The position numbers and the translations under genes were made by a program. From IMG/VR virus record IMGVR_UViG_3300005613_000002, positions 124,001 through 188,000 of that record: DNA of 64,000 bases; one strand, given 5' to 3'. The notes under the pieces were generated by a model. It made no database searches, had not been told where the DNA came from, and saw nothing but the letters and a program-made list of their open reading frames with translations. This document shows positions 19,761-29,070 of this stretch, in pieces (position 1 is the first letter of the stretch; every line of letters begins with the position of its first letter).

Positions 19761-22025
19761 ATGAAAAATGTAAAACTCGATGAAAACTATTTCCTTGTAT
19801 CTCAAGATGTAAATAGTAATGCAACAATTGAAGTTGCAAAAAAAACAAATCACATCTTTGTAGTTGATGTATCTTATTCAATGTACCAAGACTTACCACT
19901 AATTAAAAAACAATTAAAAAACAAGTTATCCAATGTAATGAGGGATGGTGATACCATTTCTATTGTTTGGTTTTCTGGTAGTCGTGATTGTGGTGTACTT
20001 AAAGAAGAAGTTGAAGTTAAATCTTTAAAAACTTTAACAGACTTAAATGATGCAATTGATAGATGGTTATCACCTATTGGTTGTACAGCATTTCAAAGAC
20101 CATTGGAAGTGGTTTATGATATTATTGGTAGAATAAAAACTAATCGTCCAGATAGTATATTCTCAATGATTTTCCTTACTGATGGTTATAATAATGATTG
20201 TTCTTGGAATGGGGTTATTGAAGCACTTAAACCATTAGAAAATGAACTAGCATCATCAACATTTGTTGAATATGGTTATTATGCTGATACACGTAAAATT
20301 ACTGAAATGGCTGCTTTACTTGGTGGCGAAAAAGTAAGTACCTCTGATTTTGATGAATTTGAACCATTATTTGAAAATAAGATTTCTTCTGAACTTATGG
20401 GTGGGAAGAAATTAGTAGTTGAAGTACCTGATAATCATCTATATGATTTCGCATTTAGTGTTTCTAATGATGGTAGTGTATTATTATATAATATTAATGA
20501 TGGTGAAGTAATGGTGAACCCAAGCGTAAAAGAACTCCATTATTTTACACCTAAAGCACTTGGTGAAGAACATGCTCCTACTACAAGTCTTTATGCTGCT
20601 ATTTATATTCTTTCAGATAAACTTCTGAATGATGATGCTGAGAAGATTTTTTATGCTCTTGGTGATAATTATTATTATAAAATGTTGGTTAATGCTTTCG
20701 GAAAACAAAAATTGAATGCATTTAAATCAGCAATTAAAGAATGTGTTGTTGATTCATCAAAAAGATTTCCTTCTGGACAATCAGCAATTCAACCAGTTCC
20801 AGATAACGCATATTGTTTGATGAATCTAATCGATGATTTAGGTAATCTTGAAGATTGTCAATTTTATCCAAATCATCCTGATTTTAATTATAAAAGAATT
20901 GGTAGTAAAAAAGTTAGTGCTGCTACAGTTTTAACTGAAAGTGAAAAGAAAAGAATTGGTGAAGCAAAAAATATTGATGAAATTAATGAAATAACTAAAG
21001 AACTTTCTGAAAATAAAGTTGATGTTAAATTTATTAATAGCAATCCAGATAGAGGTTATCCACTTACTGATTTAGTTTGGAATTCAAGTCGAGCTAATTT
21101 AAGTGTTCGCACATATATTGAAGGTGAAGCAATATTACCAAAAAACGAATTTAAGATTGATAAAGTAACTTCTTTTAGGTATAAAACATATACTTTAGTA
21201 AAAGATGGTATTGTTAATGTTAAAGAATTACCTTTAAATTTTTCTGATGCATTACTTGTATTGCTTGAAAGGAATAATGTTGAATATAAAGTAGTACCAT
21301 ATTATACTGTAAGGAATAATCATACTGTAGCACCTGATATTGTATTAGTTGACTTAACTTCAATTCCTTTAATTAATAAAGGAATGGTAAATGCTATTTC
21401 AGCAAAAGAATTAGCTAAAAAAGAATGGGAACTAAAAAAATTACAAGGCGATAAAAAAGTTTATGATTTTTATAAAAAAGAACTATTCCCTAAAACTAGC
21501 AAATCATTTGTTGATTTATTAGGTAAGGATGTTGCTGATTGGCTTAAACTTGTTGGAATTACTGATTATAATGGTTTTGCACCAAAAGTAATATCAGCTA
21601 AATCGAGCGATTCATATTTATCAGTTAATCTTGATACAAAAATTAAAGGATTATCTAGTTTACCTAAAGTAGATGTAGTTAAAACTAAAATTTTAGCTGG
21701 TACTACATTAAAACTTAATGAATGGGTTATGTCTGATGCGCTAAAAAAATATATGTCACAAACAACATCAGATATGTTTATGTCACTTTCAGGAGAACAA
21801 CAAACTGAGGTATTGCGTACATATCTTACTACCAAGTCAGATTTATTAAATGTTCGCAGAAGAAAATTATTGCAAGAGATTGCAGAAATTAAATTTGCAC
21901 TTATTTTATCAAAAAAATGGTTTACTGAATTCAAATCATTTGATGAAAATGAATTAAAATTAGTTTTGGATAGTCAATCTTTAACTTTTAAATTTGATTT
22001 AAGTGATAAAGAAGTAGAAATTTGA
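19761..22025 (+). CDS. Large vWA domain protein
   Basis: VVDVSYSM and FLTDGY MIDAS elements. Confidence 0.75.
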   Translation: MKNVKLDENYFLVSQDVNSNATIEVAKKTNHIFVVDVSYSMYQDLPLIKKQLKNKLSNVMRDGDTISIVWFSGSRDCGVLKEEVEVKSLKTLTDLNDAIDRWLSPIGCTAFQRPLEVVYDIIGRIKTNRPDSIFSMIFLTDGYNNDCSWNGVIEALKPLENELASSTFVEYGYYADTRKITEMAALLGGEKVSTSDFDEFEPLFENKISSELMGGKKLVVEVPDNHLYDFAFSVSNDGSVLLYNINDGEVMVNPSVKELHYFTPKALGEEHAPTTSLYAAIYILSDKLLNDDAEKIFYALGDNYYYKMLVNAFGKQKLNAFKSAIKECVVDSSKRFPSGQSAIQPVPDNAYCLMNLIDDLGNLEDCQFYPNHPDFNYKRIGSKKVSAATVLTESEKKRIGEAKNIDEINEITKELSENKVDVKFINSNPDRGYPLTDLVWNSSRANLSVRTYIEGEAILPKNEFKIDKVTSFRYKTYTLVKDGIVNVKELPLNFSDALLVLLERNNVEYKVVPYYTVRNNHTVAPDIVLVDLTSIPLINKGMVNAISAKELAKKEWELKKLQGDKKVYDFYKKELFPKTSKSFVDLLGKDVADWLKLVGITDYNGFAPKVISAKSSDSYLSVNLDTKIKGLSSLPKVDVVKTKILAGTTLKLNEWVMSDALKKYMSQTTSDMFMSLSGEQQTEVLRTYLTTKSDLLNVRRRKLLQEIAEIKFALILSKKWFTEFKSFDENELKLVLDSQSLTFKFDLSDKEVEI

Positions 22026-22128
22026 AAATCCACTAGTAGAAATATTAGTGGATTTTTTTATTGTTTTCTTAATTATTAATTAATTGATGTGTAATGGTAA
22101 TTCATAATTTATCTTTATTTATTATAAA

Positions 22129-22407
22129 TTGATAATTATGATAAAATTTATATTACCGCTATTAATGATTCTAATGATAAAAAGTAATGAATCAAAATTA
22201 ATTGGATACGTTATTGATAAAAATACTAATGAAGAATTATGTGGAGTACGTGTTATTATTAATAATGATACGACATATACAGATTTCGATGGTTGTTTTT
22301 ATATGGAAAATGTACTAGATACTACCAATATTGAATTAAGTTTAATATCTTATGAAAAAAAGGATTTTATTATTGTTACTGATAATCAGCTTATTGTGGA
22401 AAAATAA
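22129..22407 (+). CDS. CarboxypepD_reg-like domain protein
   Basis: GYVIDKNTNEELCGVRV...TDFDGCF...SLISY, a Bacteroidetes-typical domain. Confidence 0.65.
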   Translation: MIIMIKFILPLLMILMIKSNESKLIGYVIDKNTNEELCGVRVIINNDTTYTDFDGCFYMENVLDTTNIELSLISYEKKDFIIVTDNQLIVEK

Positions 22408-22437
22408 TAAAAAACTTCATTTTTTTATATAAAAAAG

Positions 22438-22480
22438 TTTGGAGTTAATGTAACATTTTATACCTTTGTAACGTATTTAT
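22438..22480 (+). promoter_or_regulatory. Composite promoter of tRNA operon 3
   Basis: TTTG-N19-TACCTTTG, TGTAAC-N17-CGTA and GTATTTAT overlap. Confidence 0.65.
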
Positions 22481-22531
22481 GAACTCAAGGCAGTAAGCCA
22501 GTAAGATTTTAACAATAAAAAATAGATTATT

Positions 22532-22669
22532 ATGAGAAATTCAGTTATTAATATTAATATCACTTCGGGAACGACTATTAGTCGCAATGGGAATGGTATA
22601 TTCTGTTCAATTTTTGGCAGAAATATTACACATGACGAGTCTTTAATAATGGAAGAAGATAGAGGATAA
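22532..22669 (+). CDS. Leader peptide 3 (MRNSVININITSGTTISRNGNGIFCSIFGRNITHDESLIMEEDRG), putative attenuator
   Basis: 45-codon ORF; CGAGTCTTT (22636-22644) complementary to terminator AAAGACTCG (22695-22703). Confidence 0.8.
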   Translation: MRNSVININITSGTTISRNGNGIFCSIFGRNITHDESLIMEEDRG

Positions 22670-22691
22670 AAAACTCTAACTAAACGAAATT

Positions 22692-22726
22692 AAAAAAGAC
22701 TCGATATTAATCGGGTCTTTTTTTTT
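22692..22726 (+). terminator. Attenuator terminator 3
   Basis: AAAAAAGACTCGAT / ATCGGGTCTTTTTT hairpin with U-tract. Confidence 0.85.
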
Positions 22727-22750
22727 GTTCATTGACGTGTTGGTAAATTT

Positions 22751-22833
22751 GTCGGGATGCCTGAGTGGTTGAAAGGGGCGGTCTGCAAAACCGTTTGCGA
22801 AAGCACACGTGGGTTCGAATCCCACTCCCGACT
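22751..22833 (+). tRNA. tRNA-Cys(GCA) with long variable arm
   Basis: GCGGT-CT-GCA-AA-ACCGT arm; TGC-GAAA-GCA variable arm; U73. Confidence 0.8.
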
Positions 22834-22896
22834 CATTGTAATAATTTGCAATAAACTACAAAATGTGGTATTTATCGCAAATTAATATTCAAATAT

Positions 22897-22970
22897 TGTC
22901 TTGTAGCTCAGTTGGTTAGAGCATCTCTCTGATACGGAGAAGGTCGTGGGTTCGAGTCTCACTAAGACAA
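22897..22970 (+). tRNA. tRNA-Ile(GAT)
   Basis: TCTCT-CT-GAT-AC-GGAGA arm. Confidence 0.88.
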
Positions 22971-22979
22971 CAACAATAT

Positions 22980-23053
22980 TGTCTCGTAGTTCGGTCTGGT
23001 AGAGCGTCACCCTGATAAGGTGGGAGTCGTGGGTTCAAATCCCACCGAGACAA
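22980..23053 (+). tRNA. tRNA-Ile(GAT)
   Basis: TCACC-CT-GAT-AA-GGTGG arm. Confidence 0.88.
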
Positions 23054-23108
23054 CAACTCTTGACGAAGATTTTGCATTGGTTTTTCAAACCAGCACGTAT
23101 TTATTAAT

Positions 23109-23447
23109 ATGAAAAAACGTGGTGGTCATAAAATTGGAATTGAAGGATTGTTAAAAGCAGCCGATAAAAAAAGAATGACGAATGAAGAATGTTTTATTGA
23201 AAATTCAACATATCCTCGTCATAGATTAAAAGAAAGAATAATTAAACAAAATTTAATTGAATATCGTTGTAAAATTTGTGATAATAATGGAATGTGGATG
23301 AATAAACCAATGCCATTAATATTAGACCATAAAAATGGTATTAATAATGATAATAGAATAGATAACCTTAGATTTGTTTGTAGTAATTGTGATTCTCAAT
23401 TACCAACATATAAAAATCGAAGGGGAAACATAAAAATGGAAGATTAG
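23109..23447 (+). CDS. HNH homing endonuclease
   Basis: CKIC..LDHKNGINNDNRIDNLRFVCSNC. Confidence 0.85.
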   Translation: MKKRGGHKIGIEGLLKAADKKRMTNEECFIENSTYPRHRLKERIIKQNLIEYRCKICDNNGMWMNKPMPLILDHKNGINNDNRIDNLRFVCSNCDSQLPTYKNRRGNIKMED

Positions 23448-23526
23448 CCTAATTGGTAAGGCAGCAGTCTTGAAAACTGCCGTGTCATGTAAAAGTGGCT
23501 TGTGGGTTCGAGTCCCACATCTTCCT
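23438..23526 (+). tRNA. tRNA-Ser(TGA)
   Basis: GCAGT-CT-TGA-AA-ACTGC arm; long variable arm. Confidence 0.88.
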
Positions 23527-23531
23527 CATTT

Positions 23532-23604
23532 TGACCTTAATACGGGAACATGAAGATTCTGTGTCATGACACTTCTTCGGGAGGTTCGAAACCTTCAAGG
23601 TCAG
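23532..23604 (+). ncRNA. Degenerate tRNA-like element
   Basis: TGACCTT/AAGGTCA acceptor and GGAGG-TTCGAAA-CCTTC T arm; no canonical D or anticodon arm. Confidence 0.45.
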
Positions 23605-23845
23605 CTAAGTTGAATGAAATGGATAAAATCATTTAACTTATACATCAAATGAAAGTCATGAAGTTATTTGATGTGAAAGTTCTGGGTGCATAAGACGCTG
23701 CTTTAACATTCAGTAGAATTATTTTGTGGACGTATTTGGCAGTACGGATATACACAACTTAAAACTCCGAGATGTTACGAATTAATGGTTGGAATACCAT
23801 CGGAGATCGTGAGTAGGAGGCTCACACCAGAACTATTTTTAATTT

Positions 23846-23931
23846 GGCTTGGTTGCTTTAGTGGTCGAAAAGTCTGGACTGTTAATCCAGTGAACTATGT
23901 TCCATCGTGGGTTCGAATCCCACCCTTGCCT
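23846..23931 (+). tRNA. tRNA-Asn(GTT) with long variable arm
   Basis: CTGGA-CT-GTT-AA-TCCAG arm; two U-U mismatches in the acceptor stem. Confidence 0.7.
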
Positions 23932-23942
23932 CAACACAAATT

Positions 23943-24014
23943 GCTCCGATAGCTCAGTGGTAGAGCAGAAAGCTGTTAACTTTAAGGTCGTAGGTTCAAT
24001 CCCTACTCGGAGCG
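23943..24014 (+). tRNA. tRNA-Asn(GTT)
   Basis: AAAG-CT-GTT-AA-CTTT arm; G73. Confidence 0.88.
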
Positions 24015-24064
24015 CAAGGGACGTAGAAAGGAGAATACGTCTTTAAATAAAGTCCTTTCATTAT

Positions 24065-24137
24065 GGAGTAATTACCAAGTTGGTCAAGGTGCTGGCGTGA
24101 AGTCCCAGAAATGTGGGTTCGATTCCCACTTACTCCA
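24065..24137 (+). tRNA. tRNA-Phe(GAA), atypical loop
   Basis: Loop GT-GAA-GT; normal acceptor and T arms. Confidence 0.7.
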
Positions 24138-24143
24138 CATAAT

Positions 24144-24271
24144 GGTGTTATAGCTCAGTTGGTCAGAGCGTTGAGTGATAACTCAAGTCAGAAATTAAAT
24201 ACGAATTGGTTAAGGTTAAAACGAAAATTCTACTGATTTAATTTGCATTGGTTCAAATCCAGTTAACACCA
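24144..24271 (+). tRNA. tRNA-Ile(GAT)-like gene with ~55-nt insertion in the variable region
   Basis: GGTGTTA/TAACACC acceptor, TTGAG-TGATAA-CTCAA arm, T arm displaced to ~24247. Confidence 0.6.
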
Positions 24272-24486
24272 CTTGAGCGTGATAAACAATATTTTACAAA
24301 ATGACGATAATGCATCAATGTTGTTATTTTATGGGTGTGATTCCCATGCTTAAACGAAATTAAAATCTGGTCACACAGGTGTTTGTCCTAACCAGAAAAA
24401 CATGACCTCTTTAGCAGGTGGTATCTTAGTTTGGGCAACTAAGAGTGTGAAAATATTTATTAGTATTTATAAGAAAATTACACATA

Positions 24487-24912
24487 ATGAAAATATTAAT
24501 AATGGGATTACCTACTTCAGGTAAAACATGGTTTGCTGAAAGATTACAAAATGAAATTGGTTGTGCATGGTATAATGCTGATGCTGTTAGAACAATGGCT
24601 AATGATTGGGATTTTAGTGTTGAAGGTCGTAACAGACAAGCACTGAGAATGAAAACATTTGCTGATTTTGAAAATAATAATGATAGAATTGTTGCTTGTG
24701 ATTTTGTCTGTCCTACACCAGAAACTAGATTATTATTTAAACCTGATTTAATTATTTGGATTAACACTATTGATAAATCAAAATATCAAGATACTAATAA
24801 AGTTTTTATTAAACCAAATGATTCAGAAGGTTTTAAATTAATTGAAATCACAAAAAAAGTTATACTTGAAGATATAATTGAATTAGCAAATAAACATATA
24901 ACAACAAGTTGA
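24487..24912 (+). CDS. Adenylylsulfate-kinase-like P-loop kinase
   Basis: GLPTSGKT, NADAVR, DWDFSVEGR, DFVCP. Confidence 0.75.
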   Translation: MKILIMGLPTSGKTWFAERLQNEIGCAWYNADAVRTMANDWDFSVEGRNRQALRMKTFADFENNNDRIVACDFVCPTPETRLLFKPDLIIWINTIDKSKYQDTNKVFIKPNDSEGFKLIEITKKVILEDIIELANKHITTS

Positions 24913-25068
24913 GAATGTAATGCAGCGATGTATTACCAACAAACATTAATTTTATAACCTCTGGGAACTGGCATGTTATAGATGTAAGAATGCTACACTG
25001 AAACAAGACGCTAAAAGCCAGTATATAGCCAAGTAGGGTAGTTTGGAGTGATAATGTCTCAACAAAAT

Positions 25069-25142
25069 GGTGCGGTAGCTGAGTTGGTTCAAGCGTTGGA
25101 CTGAAAATCCAAAGTAGGTGGGTTCAATTCCCACACGTACCA
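25069..25142 (+). tRNA. tRNA-Phe(GAA)
   Basis: TTGGA-CT-GAA-AA-TCCAA arm. Confidence 0.88.
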
Positions 25143-25206
25143 CAATTTTATTTTCATTAAATGAAAATCTTTTGTCATTATCATAGTATTTATGTGAAAA
25201 ATATTA

Positions 25207-25682
25207 TGGAAATACAAATAAAAAAATTATTAAATGAAGGTAAAAGTATGTCTGAAATTGGTATAATATTGGATAGGCATAGAACTACTATTAGTAAAAT
25301 AGTTAAAGCAAATGGATGGAAACGTGAAATAGTTAAAAATATTAATTGTGTTGTTTGTAATGAAAATTTAGGGATAAATAAAAAAAATAATACTAAATGT
25401 ATGACATGTGTTACTAAATTAAGACGTTTACGTTTAAAAATTAAATGTGTTGAATATTTAGGTGGTAAATGTGTTAATTGTGGATTTGATAAACATTTAG
25501 CAGCATTACAATTTCATCATAGAAATAGTAATAATAAGGATTTTCTAATTAGTTCAATAAATACTAAATCTTGGAAACTTATAATTGAAGAATTAAATAA
25601 ATGTGATTTACTATGTGCAAATTGTCATGCAGTTAAACATTCAACAAATTATGATGATGAAAATTTAAGAAAATTCTTATAA
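25207..25682 (+). CDS. HNH endonuclease with N-terminal HTH
   Basis: GGKCVNCG..LQFHH..KCDLLCANCH; start refined to the ATG after GTATTTAT. Confidence 0.8.
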
Positions 25683-25766
25683 ATAATACATTTAATGGTC
25701 ACTCGAATGTTAGACCTCCTGTAATTACAGGTGAATCCAAGAGGTTCAGTAAAAAGTCGAGGCTTT

Positions 25767-25838
25767 GCAGGTGTAGCACAATGGCTAGTGCGTGACCCTT
25801 CCAAGGTCGGGATGACGGTTCGATTCCGTTCACCTGCT
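25767..25838 (+). tRNA. tRNA-Gly(TCC)
   Basis: TGACC-CT-TCC-AA-GGTCG arm. Confidence 0.9.
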
Positions 25839-25887
25839 CCTTTGGTCGTTTTTTGTACTTCTCAGTATTTATGAGAAAGTACAAATT

Positions 25888-26523
25888 ATGGCTAGAAAAG
25901 AAAAAAAATATCATTTCATATATAAAACAACTAATGTTGTTACTAATAGATATTATTATGGAATGCATAGTACCGATAATTTAGATGATAATTATTTAGG
26001 TAGTGGTAGGAGATTAAAATACTCAATTAATAAACATGGTAAAGAAAACCATGAAAGAGAAATTGTTGAATTTTGTCAAGACCGAAGTTCATTGAAAAAA
26101 CGTGAAAGTGAATTAGTTAATCTTAATGAGATTGCTAAAAAAGATTGTATGAATCTAATGGTTGGTGGGACTGGTGGTTTTGTTTCTAAAGAAGCAGCAA
26201 GAAAAGGTGCTAAAGCACTGAAGATTAAATATGGTGATGAATATAAAAATAAATTGATAGAATGGGGTGCTAAAGGTGGACAATCAACATCGGATAAACA
26301 TGGTTCACCATTTAATAATATTATGAATAGATGTAATTGGACTAATAAAAGTCATACCGAAAAAACTAAAAGAAAAATGAGTGAGTCAAGTAAAGGTATC
26401 GGTATTGGAAATAATAATTCACAATTCGGTACTTGTTGGATTACAAATGAAAAAGATAATAGAAAAATAAATAAAGAAGACTTAATCCCAGAAGGATGGA
26501 GATTAGGAAGAAAAATAATATAA
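25888..26523 (+). CDS. GIY-YIG (Seg-like) homing endonuclease with NUMOD3 repeat
   Basis: FIYKTTN..YYYGMH..YLGSG; HTEKTKRKMS. Confidence 0.85.
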   Translation: MARKEKKYHFIYKTTNVVTNRYYYGMHSTDNLDDNYLGSGRRLKYSINKHGKENHEREIVEFCQDRSSLKKRESELVNLNEIAKKDCMNLMVGGTGGFVSKEAARKGAKALKIKYGDEYKNKLIEWGAKGGQSTSDKHGSPFNNIMNRCNWTNKSHTEKTKRKMSESSKGIGIGNNNSQFGTCWITNEKDNRKINKEDLIPEGWRLGRKII

Positions 26524-26570
26524 GGTCTGAGGGAGTCCTTTAAAGGTATAAATAACCTGTCCCTCTCCAC

Positions 26571-26643
26571 GCCACCCATAGCTTAATTGGCTAAAGCAGG
26601 GCACTTGTAATGCTCAGATGCGGTTCGAGTCCGATGGGTGGCT
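26571..26643 (+). tRNA. tRNA-Thr(TGT), possible 8/4 fold
   Basis: GGGCA-CT-TGT-AA-TGCTC arm; 8-bp GCCACCCA/TGGGTGGC acceptor. Confidence 0.8.
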
Positions 26644-26793
26644 CAATTTTTTGGTTTATTGCACTGGATTTTTCATGTTTAAACGTATTCATTAACTAAA
26701 TATAACAAAGGCAATAATAAAGGTAACGGTAGAAATAGAAAATAATTTCATTAGATACATCAATTACTTAATATTTTTTCATATCTTTACAAT

Positions 26794-26988
26794 ATGAAAT
26801 ACATTCATATAAAAACAGGCAAAATCTATCATGTTCTTTCATTTGATGTCACTAATGCAACAAATGCACAAGATGGTCAACAAATGGTGCATTATTATGG
26901 TGAAAAAAAAGATGGTAGTGGAAATAGTTATTTTGTTAGAGAAATTAGTGAATTTGAATTAAAATTCACAAAATATCATAAATTATGA
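26794..26988 (+). CDS. DUF1653-like small protein
   Basis: YIHIKTGKIY...VHY...FVREISEF..KF. Confidence 0.6.
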   Translation: MKYIHIKTGKIYHVLSFDVTNATNAQDGQQMVHYYGEKKDGSGNSYFVREISEFELKFTKYHKL

Positions 26989-27027
26989 AAAAAGGATACA
27001 ATTAATAATGTAAATTAACTATTATAA

Positions 27028-27102
27028 TGACCCGTAGCTCAGTTGGTTAGTAGCAGTTCCCTCATAAGGAAAAGGTCGGGGGTTCGAGTCCCTTCGGGTC
27101 AA
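27028..27102 (+). tRNA. tRNA(CAT), probably Ile2 (lysidine type)
   Basis: CT-CAT-AA loop; acceptor resembles the Ile(GAT) tRNAs of the same cluster. Confidence 0.75.
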
Positions 27103-27232
27103 CTTTTGGTCTTATAAACGACCACAAAAATAAAAGGGTTGGAAAAACGAAATTGATTACTGCAATATGATAGATTAGTTTTATGCCCACCACATAAGTT
27201 TGATTTTGCTGATGATAATGAAAAAGTGGTTA

Positions 27233-27303
27233 TACTTGTTAGTACAATGGATAGTGCACCCTTTCGAAAGAGGGTTATATTGGTTCGAATCCAATGCAGG
27301 TAC
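27233..27303 (+). tRNA. Degenerate tRNA-Arg(TCG)-like gene
   Basis: Acceptor, D and T arms present; irregular anticodon stem around TTTCGAA. Confidence 0.5.
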
Positions 27304-27575
27304 AATATTTTAATTATTCTCAAGGACAATATCTAGGACATAATGTACTTGAGAATAATTAAAAATTATAAGATACATGTTAAGGAACAATTGGGTTCTT
27401 TAGTGTTATGAAAATTAATATTTGTTAACCTAATTTATTAGGTGGTGATAGACAAGCCATACGGATTTACTGCTTGAAATATAGCATATCGCAAATAAGT
27501 GTTCAACTGAAGGTGGGTCATGCGCATAACAATTTGACCGTAGATTACTCAGTAGCTGACAAATATAATTTTTAT

Positions 27576-27649
27576 GCCAACATAGCTTTAATTGGTAGAG
27601 CACAACACTTGTAATGTTGGGGTTGGGGGTTCGAATCCCTCTGCTGGCT
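27576..27649 (+). tRNA. tRNA-Thr(TGT)
   Basis: CAACA-CT-TGT-AA-TGTTG arm. Confidence 0.88.
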
Positions 27650-27675
27650 CAGAATAATTAATAAAAATTGAAAAA

Positions 27676-28074
27676 ATGGTATTGCAAGAAAAAATTAAAA
27701 AAGAAATGCTTTCTGCTATGAAAGCAAAGGAAACTGAAAAATTAAGTTTTTTGAGAGTTCTTAGTGGTGAATTAAGTACAAATAATAAAAGAACTGGAAA
27801 AGAAAAATTAGATGAATTACAAATTATTCGTAAAATGTCTAATAACGCTAAAGAATTAGGTAACTTAGTTGAAGTAGAAATGCTTAGTGAATATCTACCA
27901 AAGATGCTTGAACCAAAAGAAATTAAAGTTATTGTTAAGAATATCATTGATGTAAATGGTTATTCAACAATGAAAGAAATGGGTCAGATAATGGGGAAAA
28001 TTAAGCAATGTAAAGAAAGTACAAAAATTGATATGAAATCAGCTAATATTTTTATTAGAGAATTATTAACATAA
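27676..28074 (+). CDS. GatB/YqeY domain protein
   Basis: LQEKIKKEMLSAMKAK..LR; YLPKML; MKEMGQIMG. Confidence 0.85.
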   Translation: MVLQEKIKKEMLSAMKAKETEKLSFLRVLSGELSTNNKRTGKEKLDELQIIRKMSNNAKELGNLVEVEMLSEYLPKMLEPKEIKVIVKNIIDVNGYSTMKEMGQIMGKIKQCKESTKIDMKSANIFIRELLT

Positions 28075-28246
28075 TAAACAAAATGAATTATACAATAACC
28101 TTAATGAAAAATAAATTAACATTTGAAAACGAGAAAAGAAAATAGGTTTCATTGAATGGTTATGCCTTTATTGATGATTGGGGTCATTGTATGATTATTG
28201 TTTATGGTGAAAATAATAGAGATAAATATATTGAACATTTAAATAT

Positions 28247-28320
28247 GCACCCGTAGCTCAAATGGATAGAGCATCAGATTTCTAATCTGTGGGTCGGGGG
28301 TTCGAATCCCTTCGGGTGTA
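28247..28320 (+). tRNA. tRNA-Arg(TCT)
   Basis: CAGA-TT-TCT-AA-TCTG arm. Confidence 0.9.
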
Positions 28321-28328
28321 CTAAAAAT

Positions 28329-28405
28329 ATCTGTGTAGCTCAATTGGATAGAGCATTTCCCTGCGAAGGAAAAGGTTGTGTGTTCGAATCACATCACAGA
28401 TACCA
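28329..28405 (+). tRNA. tRNA-Arg(GCG)
   Basis: TTTCC-CT-GCG-AA-GGAAA arm; encoded CCA. Confidence 0.85.
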
Positions 28406-28467
28406 ATATTTATAGTTCAAATGTCGAATATTTATTATTTTTTTCGTAAATTGAACTATTTAATAAT

Positions 28468-29070
28468 ATGGAAAAAAATAAATTGAGAAAATATTGTAAT
28501 GATGGATTATCATCACGAAAGATTGCTGAAATTGAAAATGTTTCACAAACAACGATCAGATATTGGTTAAAAATATATAGTTTAAAAACAATTAGAAAAG
28601 CAAAATATAATATTAATGAATTACGTAAAATTATTGCCGAATCTAAATCACGAAATGAGGTCTTTACTAAATTAAATAGAAATAATTCAAGTGGTGCATA
28701 TAAATCATTAAATAAAATTATTACAGAATATAAAATTGATATTTCACATTTTATGAGTGTTGGTGATAATTTAAAACAATCACATCAACAAAAAGAAATC
28801 ACTAATGACGAAATGTTTTGTGAAAATGGTAAAAATGGTAGAGCAACAATAAAAAGAAGAATATTACGAGATAATTTATTAAAATACAAATGTTTTAATT
28901 GTGGACAAGGGAATAAATGGTTAAATAAAAATTTGGTATTAATATTAGACCATAAAAATGGTATAAATAACGACAATAGATTAAAGAATTTAAGATTTGT
29001 GTGTCCTAATTGTAATTCGCAATTACCAACACATTGTAATAAAAAACGCACTTGTAGCTCAATTGGATAG
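28468..29070 (+). CDS. HNH homing endonuclease
   Basis: LDHKNGINNDNRLKNLRFVCPNC; paralogue of the 23109 ORF. Confidence 0.85.
   Translation: MEKNKLRKYCNDGLSSRKIAEIENVSQTTIRYWLKIYSLKTIRKAKYNINELRKIIAESKSRNEVFTKLNRNNSSGAYKSLNKIITEYKIDISHFMSVGDNLKQSHQQKEITNDEMFCENGKNGRATIKRRILRDNLLKYKCFNCGQGNKWLNKNLVLILDHKNGINNDNRLKNLRFVCPNCNSQLPTHCNKKRTCSSIG

Noticed and set aside
14028-21934. Antisense ORFs inside the vWA, nrdJ and CRISPR regions
   Set aside because: Shadow ORFs of well-supported + strand features.
24917-24926. Twister ribozyme (TAATGCAGC)
   Set aside because: The remaining conserved twister elements and pseudoknots could not be placed.
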